Positions 27,770-39,396 of a stretch of 64,000 bases of DNA are shown here, piece by piece (the first letter of the stretch is position 1; each line of letters begins with the position of its first letter). Under the pieces are notes generated by a model. It was not told the origin of the DNA and did not search any database. It saw nothing but the letters and a program-made list of their open reading frames with translations. The translations under genes and the position numbers were made by a program. This DNA is from Rhina ancylostomus (taxonomy: Eukaryota): the NCBI GenBank assembly GCA_030265395.1, contig JARFYF010000017.1:22919937-22983936 (forward strand), read 5' to 3'.

Positions 27770-28980
27770 GAATGCAATGGAAGATACTTTGTCAGATTTA
27801 AGTAAGGCAATATATTTCATTGTGCTGCATTACAAAGTATGTGCCTTTGCATGTAGAGCTTGGTGTCAAGGGCTTCAGCACATCATTCAGTAGATAGCAG
27901 TGGAGAAGAATACATTTAGAATTAAGAATACCAGAGGAATTTCAGAGTAGGTGCTGTTTTTGAAGGTCTTGGCAGGTAATGCCCAAAGCTCATAATTAAT
28001 CTGATTCAACATACCATTCTTCGGAGATGGGGAAATTATAAAAGAGTTAGACCTTGAGCAAGAGCCAAGAACCCCTGATAATCAGATGTAGGGAAAGACA
28101 GACAAAGATGAACAAACAATGACTGAAGTTCTAAATGAAAGAAATCTTCATTTAATCACCAGAGATAATCTAAAGCCAGATCCAACAACTGTCAAAGCAG
28201 GAGAGGAAATGCTGAGTCCAACAGATGTTTCTGGTGTTTGTCACCCATGTGAACAAGTTCTGCCCTATCTGAATGAGATGCACAAGCCAACTGATGGAAG
28301 TGGGTGTGAAATGCTGTTGTTTGGATGCCATGAACAAACAGTTGAATGAGTCAGGGAGACAGCCAGAGTGATGGTTTGCTCTGAGACAGCATTATAAACT
28401 AATCTTAAAATCTACCTGAAATGTATCTGGTTACCTGTGTTATGATACTTCAATACATTGATGATGAGAAAGAACTGAGATTATAGTTGGAGCAATGATC
28501 TTCTGGGAGGGTCACCCAATAGCAAACAGAAACAAAACTCTGTGAAAGGGGAGAGGTATTATGCACAAATTGCGAAGCAACTGGTATCTGTAATCTTCCA
28601 AATGGAGAAGTTTCAGATCCTTTTTCAAGGACACAGAAGTTGCTGAGGCAATCAATGTGGTGAGACATATTCCAGTCTCTTAGTTAGATTGAGGAGTCTG
28701 TTTGTTAGGATAATCGATGTAGTGCTTGAAATGAGTGATTCAGACAGAATGGAAAATGACACAGCACGAGATTGAACTTGTTTGCAGATCATACTTCTAA
28801 GTGAGAGATGACCTGGTCATTTAAGGTAGACATGAAAGGGTAATTGTAACAAGTTATGAAGGAACTGTGTGGTAAAATGCTTTCACTCCTGACATCTGGG
28901 ATTAAATGAATGAGTGAGAGGAAGTATTTACTGGCCAGGGATTAATGGGACCATCAGGGATTATGTGGAGAGATGCTGGG
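27770..28980 (+). mobile_element. Decayed Ty3/Gypsy LTR-retrotransposon pol (RT, RNase H, integrase N-terminus)
   Basis: In Gypsy order: MEDTLSDLSKA..F, PEEFQSR, LKPDPTTVKA.EEM.SPTDVSGV, EGHPIA..KTL..ERYYAQI.KQL..V.F.MEKF, and IYWPGINGTIRDYVERC. Confidence 0.8.
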
Positions 28981-28999
28981 TCTGCAGATCTCTTCCCTC

Positions 29000-29340
29000 T
29001 CATTAAGCTCAAAGTAAATTCTGATTAGATCTGTTTCACCTAGATATGGAGTTGAGTTCCAATCTCACTATAGCATCTGGTCAATTTAAATTCAAGTGTA
29101 TCAATGAAATAGAATACTTGTATAAGTAATTGTAACCATGAAACTAATGTTATTCAGGGAAGGAATTCTCCCATCCTTACCCATGTGGCTTTTTTGTAAC
29201 TCCAGACCCAAAGGGACATGTTTGACTCTTAACTACCCCCTGAGTGCCCAAGCAAGGTAGTCAGTTCTGAACAATTAGGAATAGACAAATAACGATGGTC
29301 ATGCCAATGACATTGCCCATGTCCTGTGAATGAATTAATA
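29000..29340 (+). repeat. Old SINE-like repeat
   Basis: B-box-like GAGTTCCAATCTC, then body motifs (TTCAGGGAAGGAA...ACTCCAGACCCA...GACTCTTAACT) recalled from shark SINEs. Confidence 0.45.
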
Positions 29341-29689
29341 AATTAAAACAGTGGCACCTGCAAACAGAATGGTGTTAGTCCTTTATCCTGACCACTGTTG
29401 TATGTGGAAGTGAGTAGGCGGGAGGTGAGTCAAAGTTGGGTTTGAGATTTTAACCTTTTAACTGCTAACTGAAGTACAATGCACCCATTTTTAAACATAA
29501 AATTCAAGTCTCATAAAATTCAATAAAGAGGGTGAAATAAAAGATTGGCTTGAGAGAGAGGTAAAGGGAAAGAAGGAAAAAGTGAAGAGAAACATGTATT
29601 TTTAAAAAATCTTTCATGATAATTTAAATCTGAACACCACCGTGGCATTAGTTAGCTTTCAGAGTGGTATGGTAATTTGGCCTAAAGGA

Positions 29690-29952
29690 TTTGCCCTTCA
29701 TGACTGAGACGAGAAGAAATTTCTTCTTCCAGACTGTAGTGCATCCTTGCAGTTCTCTACCCAAGAGGGCCGTTGAGGCAGTCACTGTATTATCAAGGTA
29801 GAGTATAGTAGATTTTTAGATATTAAGGGAATCAAAGGATTATGAGGATTGTATAAGGAAGTGGCACTGAGATAAAAGACCAGGCATAAACATTGAATGG
29901 CAGAACAGGCACAAGGAGCCGAATGGCTTCCTCCTGCTTTTTTTTATGTTCT
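29690..29952 (+). mobile_element. CR1 LINE 3' end
   Basis: GAGACGAGAAGAAATTTCTTC...GAATGGCAGAACAGGC...GCCGAATGGCTTCCTCCTG...TTATGTTCTTA. Confidence 0.75.
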
Positions 29953-30463
29953 TAAGGCCAAGATTAAGACTCATGAGCCACAAAAATTTAACTTTTAGAA
30001 GTAGGGACAAGGCATCATTTTTTCTCGTGAATTCCGCAAGCACCTGTCACCTGAATACTTCATATTCATGCTACCCCATGTCTCAGTGTTGAATCTCACA
30101 GAGAGATATCATGTTGTACTGCTTCTGGAACAACAAGACAACACACACAGCACCCTGCTGACTTCCAAGCTGAACAAGTGTAGTATCTGCAAGCTACAGT
30201 TTCATTTACTCTACAACAGTAGTGAAGACTGATAACTTCACAGTTTCTTCTTCCATAGAATCAGCAAGGTGACAGCAATTGCTTTGAAATATACTATTAA
30301 TTCAGATATATAATTGTCATTTTGGTGAATGCTTTTCTTTATGAACAATAACACTTTCACCATTTTTCAGGTTTCCAATCCATTGTGCAAACTGTGAGAT
30401 TAATCTCATTCTCAATAGAAGATGCAATAATGAGCCATTATTTATTCCTATCTATGTTCACAG

Positions 30464-30538
30464 GTTATTGCAGAGGAAATAAATGGAAACAATGGCTATG
30501 TGGAATTAGCCTTCTGTGCTAAGAAACTGGATGATAAG
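30464..30538 (+). CDS. CPNE7: Copine-7-like coding exon (start of C2B), 75 bp
   Basis: ttcacag|GTT...AAG|gtatgt. Encodes VIAEEINGNNGYVELAFCAKKLDDK. Confidence 0.95.
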
Positions 30539-30569
30539 GTATGTGGATTTAAGGCAGTGAATTTAACAT

Positions 30570-31425
30570 TAAAACATAAAAAAGGAAGCGGAGTGGCTGA
30601 TCCAATCGTGGCCTTAACACCTCTTTTCCGCTCTCTCCCCATGTCCTTCAATCCCCTTGCCGTTTAAATGTCTGACGTTCTCCACCTTGAGTGCATCCAA
30701 TAACTTGGCCTGGATCAGAGAATTCTAAAGATTCACAAGCCCCTGGCAGTAAACCTCCTCATCCCTGTCTAAAATAGGTGACCCCTCATTCTGAAACTAT
30801 TCCCTCTAGTCCTAGGTACCCCACTAGGGAACATTGCAACATCTATCTTGCCAATCCCCTGAGGAATCTTACATTTTTCAATAAGATCTCCTCATCCTTG
30901 TGCACTCCAATGAGTTTAGGCCCAACCTCCTCAAACTTTCCTCATACCTCAAACCCCTTATCCCATTAATTAATCTACAGAACCCTCTGTACACTGTCTC
31001 TATACAGCACATCCTTCCTTAAAACCAAAACTACATGCAATAATCTGGGTGCGGTTTCATAAGTAAAGTTGCATCAAAGTTCCTCTATGTTTATATTTCA
31101 TATCTTTTGCAACAAAGACCAATATTTCATTAATCTTCCTCATTGCTTCACCTGCATGCTAACCTTTAGTGTTTTATGTACTGGAACCCTCAGATTCCTT
31201 TGTACTACATTTTGTGGTCTCATTCTATTTAAATAATAATCTGCTTTCTCATTCTTCCTGCCAAATTGGATAACCTCATATTTTCCCACATCGTACTCCA
31301 TCTGCCAACTTCATGCTCGCTCACTGAACCTATCTGAATCCCCTTGCACAACTTGCCAAACCCATCTGTTTTTGTATAATCAGCAAATATGGCTACAATG
31401 TACTTAGTCCATTCATCCAGTAAAA
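30570..31425 (-). mobile_element. CR1 LINE remnant
   Basis: Minus strand IVAIFADYTK (decayed KFADDTK RT motif), followed by CR1 3' sequence. Confidence 0.75.
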
Positions 31426-32378
31426 ACAATATACAGCAAACAGTTTATAAAACAGTCTTCTCAATTTTGTGATTGTACAGTCTAGTTTACATAAATACTT
31501 GAATTTCAAATGTTAATTTGGAAGGATTTTTTTCTTTTTGTGAAGTTACTAAAACATATTAGATCTAAACAAAGTTACTCAAGGGATATGAAAATTAAAC
31601 TTTGATGTTGATTTGTTTCTGAATAACCAAATGTGCATTAGTGTTTTCCACCAACTACTATCTGCACTTCATGAACAGACTCATCTTTAATGCTACATGA
31701 GTCAAATCTAATTTTAATCTGTTGATTTTGGAGGATGAGCCAAAGGGATTCCAGTGCCACAAACAGATGGATTTAAATACAACCAAAATTGAAAAGTTTT
31801 TTTTCCAAATTGTTTTGAGTAAAAATCATGAATAATCTGTCCTATTAAAATTAGATGATTATTAGATACATCAGTTTTCCACTCCCAAAATTAGATTCTC
31901 CCAAATTCCCTTGGAATATTATGAGTCTTTTTAATGATTAGTTCACAATTTAACTAATGGTCTGTTTCCTGCTTTTACCTTCATAAAGCACTCAGGGAGG
32001 GGGGGGAGATAAATTTGATTGTGGTTTTTCCATTTTATCACCATAACTTGAACAGATACTGAGTGATAATTCTGCATTCTAATAACTGGATCTTCCACCA
32101 AATCTGCCAAAGTTTTGTTGACGGAGTGGGAGAGCTTCTGAAGAAATTCACCCCCTAAGGTGTCGAATGAAAAGGATCCAAAGAGGCAGGCAGAAAGGTA
32201 GGAGTTTTCAGGTAGAAGGATGCAAATCAGTAGGCCTTTCCATGATGGAACCTCACTCACATGATTTCTTGTTGAATTTGGAAACCATGAATACGTTTGA
32301 GGAAAGCTGGATTGAAATATTCTGAAACATGAAATAACAATGCTATACTATGTCTTTATTGATTTGAGTTTCATTTGA

Positions 32379-32735
<357 letters not shown>

Positions 32736-32749
32736 TAAATCAATACAAT

Positions 32750-33490
32750 ATAAACTGAAGGGCACCACAGCAATATTAGCTAAAAGCTATAATTCTAAAA
32801 GAGTTGTTTGAACAGAGAGGACAGGAGTAAAATGTAAAGTTCATTGAGAATGGCAGGGCAGGTTGAGAAAGCGATTACAAAGCATTCAGGATCCCAAGCT
32901 TTAGAAAAAAGAGATTTACTGCACAAGAACTTCCAGAAAACACTGGTCTGACCAAAAATCAAGTACCATGTTTTGGGCAACACCCTTTAGAAAAGATGTG
33001 AAGACCTTAGTGGTGCAGAAGAAGTTTACCAAAATGATTCCAGAGTTGACAGACTTCAGTTAAATTGATGGAAGTTATGTGAATAGACCAGAGTAGCTGA
33101 AAAGAGGGGGTCATGAAGACATCTGATAAAAGATATTTAAGATCATGAAAGGTACAGGCAGAGTGAAATTTTCTCAGGGTAGAAGTCATTACATACTCAT
33201 TAGCTGCATGTCAACCAATAACATTTAGGAGGTGTTGAGAGAAGGTGACTAGCTAAAGAACCAGAAATGATATGAGGATTATTTTTTTAAAGAAAATAGG
33301 TAGGTTTTGGAAATGAACTGCTACGGATAGTAGAGGATGCATTCAAAAGGGAGCTGGATAATTATCTAACAGGAAAGAATTTGGAGGGCAGCAAGTGGAG
33401 GACAGGGACAAGCCAGGTGGTTTTTACATTAGACTGTTACATACATTATGGGTAAAGTAGCCTCCTTCTGAGCTATAAACATTCCATGAA
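32750..33490 (+). mobile_element. Old CR1 LINE remnant
   Basis: Decayed CR1 ORF2 C-terminus (TTAGAAAAGATGTGAAGACC...GTGCAGAAGAAGTTTACCAAAATGATTCCAG) plus 3' UTR. Confidence 0.65.
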
Positions 33491-36067
33491 TAAGGAATAT
33501 GAAATTTTAAACCTCTGAATAACTAAATTTAGTGATAACTCCAAAGATATTTAATCCATTAAGATAATAAATGATGGAAAATATTCATTTCAGGATACAA
33601 TTTTATAAAACTGCAACATTTTGTAGCTTTTTAAATGAACTGGACTATTGATTTTTCAATTCCTTATCTTAAGCTCACTGTCTAGCCTTGGCTAATGCTT
33701 TCACTTGACACTTGCCAAGTTAGTAAGCCTGCCAGTCGAACAGGGGTTGACTGGATGATGGAAGAAGAACTGCCTGAAAAGTTCTGAGCTGTGCACTTTG
33801 GTTGCTCAGTCAAAGATCAACTTGGAGTTATTAATCAGAACATACAATGTCCCCAAAAAATGAAGACAATGACTGCACTAAAACTGAGGAAAAATATGTT
33901 TTTAAGATTTTAGGTTACTTTTATCATATAAATTGTGGTCCATATAAAAACAATGTACAGAAGAACTCTGATAGTCTGCTAATTCATTGGTTGCAAATCC
34001 CGCTTGCTTGGCGTCTGGCTCATCTGGTGTTGTTCCCTACAGCTCCAAAGGCCTGTTCCTGCTACTATTTCTATTGTTCTTATGGTCTTAAGCAGAACGA
34101 TTTTGTCATTTTCAAAGTTATCTCATTTAGTAATGGCCTTATGTATTTTGTTCATGTCAATCTCAAATCTAAGCACCTTTCAAATCTTGAACCTAACAAG
34201 ACAAAGCAAATTTTCTAGCATTTGAAATAGTGTGGGACAGTATATTTAACAGAACAGAATTACATTTTATACATTAAGTCCAGGGAAGTAAAACGTTGTC
34301 ATGATATAAATGCTTTGAAGTCCAAGCTCTAGCTTGCTTTGATCTTAACAAGGCTGCAGAATAATAATATAACAATTTTAGTGTGCTTGTCACTCAAACA
34401 CTACAATGCGAAGTGCATTGCAGAATAATAATTTAATTTGCTATTTTTGAAGCAGATGCCTGCAAAGACAAATGAATGTATTCGATTACTAGTTTAAAAA
34501 TTATTCTATCTATGATGGCTATGTATGGCAGTCCTCATTAAAGCTTCAATAACAGAACAAAACAGTTTTCTAAACTACTGTAAAATGAATGAAGGTGCTT
34601 CATAGAAATTTTAACAAACAAAAATTGGTGCTGAGTTAAACAAGGGCATATTAAGGTAGTTGACCAAAAGCTTGGGGTTTATGGAGCAAGTTAAGGAAGG
34701 CAGTAGAGGCAGCAAATGTTTTTTTGAGATATGTGTGTGGGACAGGGAGTGGGGGTAGGTTGTTGTGGAAGAAGAAGGGGAAGCTGTTATTGGTTGAATG
34801 ATTGACATGAAGAGAGATTCCCTTTGCCATATGTGTCAGGTTAGGATGCACATTCACATAAATGTTGAAATATTTCTTAAAACCAAGTTAGAATGTACTG
34901 CAAAAATCAAACTGCTAAGGAACTCAGTGGGTCCGGCATCATCTGTGGAGGCAGCGGGACCATCAACGTTTTGGGTCAGGACTGTTCCTCCAGCAATTTG
35001 TTTTTTTCTCCATATTACAGCATCTGAAATCTCTTGTATCTCCATTAGAATGTACAGTGCTGTCTTCAGATTTAAAGGAAACTACAAAAAACAGGTTCAT
35101 AGTAATTACGCCAACTCAGTATGGTAAGCTGATGAAAATAACATGTTGAGAAGAAAGTTTTTTTTAAATTGGACTCTCCTTGGTCTTAGGACGTCCCAAG
35201 TGATTACAGGCAATGTGCTGCTCTGAAGTGAAGTCTCTGGTGGTTGTAGGGAAACAGAGTAAAGTTCCAGAAACAAACTCTGTCCTTGTAACTCATCAGT
35301 TGAGAGCACAAAGGACTGAGCTCAGGCTGACACTTGATTCAGCACCAACAACGGCCAAAGTCTGAGAAGTCCGATGAGCTCACTGATGGCAAACTGAATG
35401 TGAAACCTTTGCTGGGAAATATTTTCTGTTTTCACTGTTTTGTTGCCCAGACTGATCCAATTATATTCCCTTTGCTGAATTCTGCCTGTTCGTGTCTGTC
35501 CTCAGTCATAACTGCAACAGAAGTGATCACAGCAGGAAGTCACCACACTGAAACCAGTTTTGCCACTTAGTTTGCATTGCACCTGTAGAAGGAGCAACAG
35601 AGTTAATGTTTCAGAACTAGGAAATGGTGGAAATCAGATATGTTTGAAATTGCAGTGAAGTAGGAGGGGTGAAAAGAAGGAAGGCAATGTCTGTGATTGG
35701 GTGGAGACAGAGAGACTGAACAACATACATGGTGCCAGTGGTGAGGGCTTGTTGATTACAATGGATCTGTCTGGTGGAGGTGTAAATAGAAGGAAAAGGG
35801 AATGTGGGAATGCCCACTAGATCAGGCAGCATCCGTGGAGAGAGAAAGGATGAACTAATGTTATAGGCTGATCACCATGAGGATTGGGCAGTTCTGAAAC
35901 AACATGGAAAGGCTGAGGATCTGGAATTGTTGAGATTACTGCTGAGTGCAAGGGCAACTTAGAAAAGGAGACCAAGCATACTCTTGATGTCTCCCTGCTG
36001 CACCATCTTCACCAGCAACAACACAACAGCTGCCCTATCCCCTGCATTCCATGTTTCCCTTCTTCCT

Positions 36068-36362
36068 TCAAAGTCGAGTTTATTGTCATGTGCACAAGTG
36101 TACAGGTGCAATGAAAAATTTACTTGTGCAGTATCACAGACACAGAGCATCAGATATGCAGCATTCACAAGAAAAACGTAAATTAAACATAAATTTTACA
36201 CAAATTTTACAATGCCCAATGTTAGTTGTGAGAAGATGGCTTGGCCCGGATAGTGGGGATCTTTGCTGATGGATTTTACCTTCTTGAGGCTGTGCATTGT
36301 GTGGATACTTTCGATGGTGGATAGGGGTGTGCCTGTGATGTATTGGGCTGAGTCCACGACTG
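36068..36362 (-). mobile_element. Rex1/Babar-like LINE 3' fragment
   Basis: AAAGTCGAGTTTATTGTCATGTGCACAAG (reverse-complemented 3' end with AATAAA) and GATGGCTTGGCCCGGATAGTGGGGATC...GTGATGTATTGGGCTGAGTCCAC. Family name is from recall. Confidence 0.5.
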
Positions 36363-36544
36363 TGCTGCTAAACACTAATTTGTTGCCCTCGGTGATGTGA
36401 TTATTTTGTGCTCCTTTTCGATAAAAATATTTTAATTAGTTTGGTCAATGCTAATAGCTAATTCCAAATGCAAAAAGCGCTATCACCCACCTGTTGAAAT
36501 CTATCTGTGATCCATAAAGCCTTTGGTTTCGATATAATTGGGAA

Positions 36545-36990
36545 TGTGAAAGATAGCTGAGAACGCAAGGGTTAATGACTGACAGTGTACGGGTTAATAG
36601 TATGCTTTTTCAGTATGGTTCTCACTGTGAATTGATCTTCAAAGTAAAGGACGACCTCACTATGGTGTGAGTTAGTTACGTTCAGTTTTAATAGCTGGTG
36701 CCAGTGAGAAGAAGTAGATTTTCTCTATATCTTGTTATGTTCAAATCTTTATGTAAACAATTGCCTGTGTAAGTGCAGTTTCTCACATAGCTTTCCCACG
36801 AAAAAGGGTATAAAAATATGCTGTTGCCGAGCCTTCTTTGAGTTGGTCTCAGTATAGAGTTAGAGTTACATGGTTCACTCTGCCTCTGTATTTTCCCACT
36901 CCCGCAAGCAAAAGCTAATAAACCATTCATCATAAGTTCTTTGGTCTGCTGTTGTCTGATTCTTTCCAGAAGTGCGGGTCAACTTTGACA
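36545..36990 (+). repeat. Upstream LTR of the ERV (446 bp)
   Basis: TGTGAAAGATAGC...AACTTTGACA, with TATAAAAA at 36809 and AATAAA at 36917. Confidence 0.93.
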
Positions 36991-36992
36991 TT

Positions 36993-37010
36993 TGGCATAG
37001 TCGGCAGGAT
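36993..37010 (+). promoter_or_regulatory. Primer-binding site, tRNA-Ser
   Basis: TGGCATAGTCGGCAGGAT lies 2 nt after the LTR and matches 17/18 to the complement of the vertebrate tRNA-Ser(AGA/TGA) 3' end as recalled (TGGCGTAGTCGGCAGGAT). The mismatch is a CpG-type change. Confidence 0.88.
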
Positions 37011-37104
37011 TTCACAAGGATCTGGACACCTCAGGACTGAGTAAGTGGCGGACGGCGCTCAGAAGGTCAACAGGAGAAAAAGGTGCCTTCAGACCCCTTT
37101 GTGT

Positions 37105-38462
37105 CTGACTCCTACATTGACTCCATCACACCTAGCAGTCATTAAGTATGATGCACACACTAAAGACCAAGTTCCCATTTCCCTGGGAAATGCCTACATG
37201 GATACAATCACGAAGGCCGTTGCTAACCACGGACCCCTTACCGTTTATTCAGATGGAAACAAACAACTCTTGAATAGAACGGCCCTGCCTGACATGGGGA
37301 GTGTAGTGAAACTTCAGGGGGACACCCCTGCAAATCAAATTGAACTATGGAAACAGCAGGGGTGCACCAGAGATCCTGATGTGCAGTTATGGACCACCCC
37401 TGCTGGACAAGTTTGTGTACCAGATGCATTTTTACCCACTTTACTGAATTACATACATGCAATGACTCATCTGGGCAAGGAGGGAATGGTGGGAGTGGCA
37501 TTACAAACTTGGTGCCACCCCAATCTGAGGAAGGAGGCACAAAGAAAGGCACAAGAATGTAATATTTGCCAGAAAATAATCCTGGTAAAGCAGTTAAGTG
37601 TCCTCTGGGTAGGACAAAAATGCCTACAGGTCCTTTTGAATGCATACAGATTGATTTTATAGAGTTGCCAAGAGTGCAGGGTTACAAATACTCTCTTGTT
37701 ATTGTTGATCTCTTTAGCAGATGGATAGAAGCAATACCAACAGCAAATGCCACAGCAGAAGCCACGGTAGGGATTATACTACGGGAAATAATACCTCGAT
37801 TTGGGCTTCCTACCATTATTAGTTCAGACAGTGGACCACATTTCACTGCTAAGATAAATGAGGAATTATGCCAGCATTTCAAAATAAAGCAACAATTTCA
37901 CTGCACCCATCATCCACAGGCAGCTGGGATTGTGGAAAGAGTAAATGATACACTAAAGAATAAGTTGGCTAAATTAACTGAGGAGACAGGATTGAACTGG
38001 CTGAAGGTACTGCCTTTGGCCCTCTTTGAAATAAGAATTACACCACATACTAGTATGGGACTAACTCCAGCAGAATTATTTGGAAAACCGCTGCACACAC
38101 CATGGGCTGCAGATAAAAACATAGATGTGTGTCTTGACCTTCATGCCCTTAATGAGAGAATGATTACTTACTTATAAAAATTAACTGATGTTCTTAAGAT
38201 TCTACATTCACAGGTTCGTAACGTTCAGAGAAAGGAAGAGGACAACACAGAGGAATCGAGAATCCAGCCTGGAGATTACGTCCTGATAAGAAATTGGGAG
38301 TGTAAAAAGTTGGCACCAAGGTGGAAAGGCCCCTTTCAAGTGCTACTTACTACACCCACGGCGGTAAAGATTGAAGGACAACCTCAGTGGATACATCATT
38401 CTGAATGCAGAAAGATTGGTCGAGGGAAAGGACAACATGTTGGGGGGAAAATGGACACTTAG
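37105..38462 (+). pseudogene. pol: ERV pol remnant: RNase H C-terminus plus full-length integrase, with one frameshift near 37572 and one stop at 38175..38177
   Basis: LAVIKYDAHTK...GNAYMD (RNase H end), HAMTH...CNIC (zinc finger), IQIDFIEL...SSDSGPHF...GIVERVN (DDE), and IQPGDYVLIR...PRWKGPFQVLLTTPTAVK...WIH (GPY/F module). Confidence 0.93.
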
Positions 38463-38923
38463 GGCATCCCTAAGTATTTTGGGACTTGTTTTTGGCAGCC
38501 TCATAGTAGTTAGGGCCATCTCTGATAACTCTTTTTATCTCTCTATCACACATATGCCTCACAGGTGCGGATGGGAGCCTGTTGGGTCTGTGCCGAAATC
38601 CTGCAACATAGCCATACCATGTTCCCGATGTCGGTAGTCGCTCTTAATATTGTACTTGTATCCCTGACAAGTCTACCAATATTACGTCCCTCTCTCAGCA
38701 CATTGCTAAAGAACTTAACAACATTAGACAAGTAGGGCAGGACCTGCATGGGTTCACTAAAGGGTCTAAATGGCAACAGCCCTTCAGAGGCCTGATTAGT
38801 AGCATATGGGATGCGATCTTGCATTATGGCTTAATAGTAGTACTTATTATTGCTGTAATCATTATAACACACTATCTCTTTCCATTAATAGCACGGTATT
38901 GTACTCTGTCTCTTGCTTTATAG
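38437..38923 (+). pseudogene. env: ERV env remnant with a large internal deletion
   Basis: Signal-peptide-like MLGGKWTLRASLSILGLVFGSLIVVRA, then CWVC at 38580..38591 after a frameshift. An open 38651..38923 frame gives CTCIPDKSTNITSL...WDAILHYGLIVVLIIAVIIITHYLFPLIARYC (TM region after CX6CC, with membrane anchor). Confidence 0.8.
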
Positions 38924-38954
38924 AATTGTTTATCATAAATGATAGAGGTGGGAA

Positions 38955-39396
38955 TGTGAAAGATAGCTGGGAAAGCAAGGGTTAATGACTGGCAGTGTAA
39001 GGGTTAATAGTGTGCTTTTTTTTTAGTATGATTTTCACTGTGAAAGGATTTTCATGGTAAAGGATAACTTCATATAGTGAGAGTTAATTACGTCTAGTTT
39101 TAATAGCTGGTGCCAGTGGGAAAAAGTAGTTTTTACTTATATCTTGTTATATTCGAAACTTTATGTAAACAATTGCCCGTGTAAGTGTAGTTTCTCACAT
39201 AGCTTTCCCACGAAAAACGGTATAAAAATACATTGTGGCCGAGCCTTCTTTGAGTGGGTTTTGGTATAGAGTTAGAGTTACATGGTTCACTCACTCTATT
39301 CCACTCCCGCCAGCGAGAAGCTAATAAAGCATTTATCGTAAGTTTTTGGTTCTCCTCTTGTCTGATTCTTTCCAGAAGCACAGGTCGACTTTAACA
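38955..39396 (+). repeat. Downstream LTR of the ERV (442 bp), preceded by a PPT-like tract
   Basis: AGAGGTGGGAA|TGTGAAAGATAGC...GACTTTAACA, with TATAAAAA at 39221 and AATAAA at 39323. Confidence 0.93.

Larger units (their letters stand above)
36545..39396 (+). mobile_element. Internally deleted endogenous retrovirus (class I, gamma/epsilon-like): LTR, PBS, partial pol, partial env, PPT, LTR
   Basis: Two ~445-bp TG...CA direct repeats, a tRNA-Ser PBS, a retroviral integrase with HHCC, DDE and GPF motifs, an env with CWVC and TM anchor, and a PPT-like tract before the 3' LTR. Confidence 0.95.
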
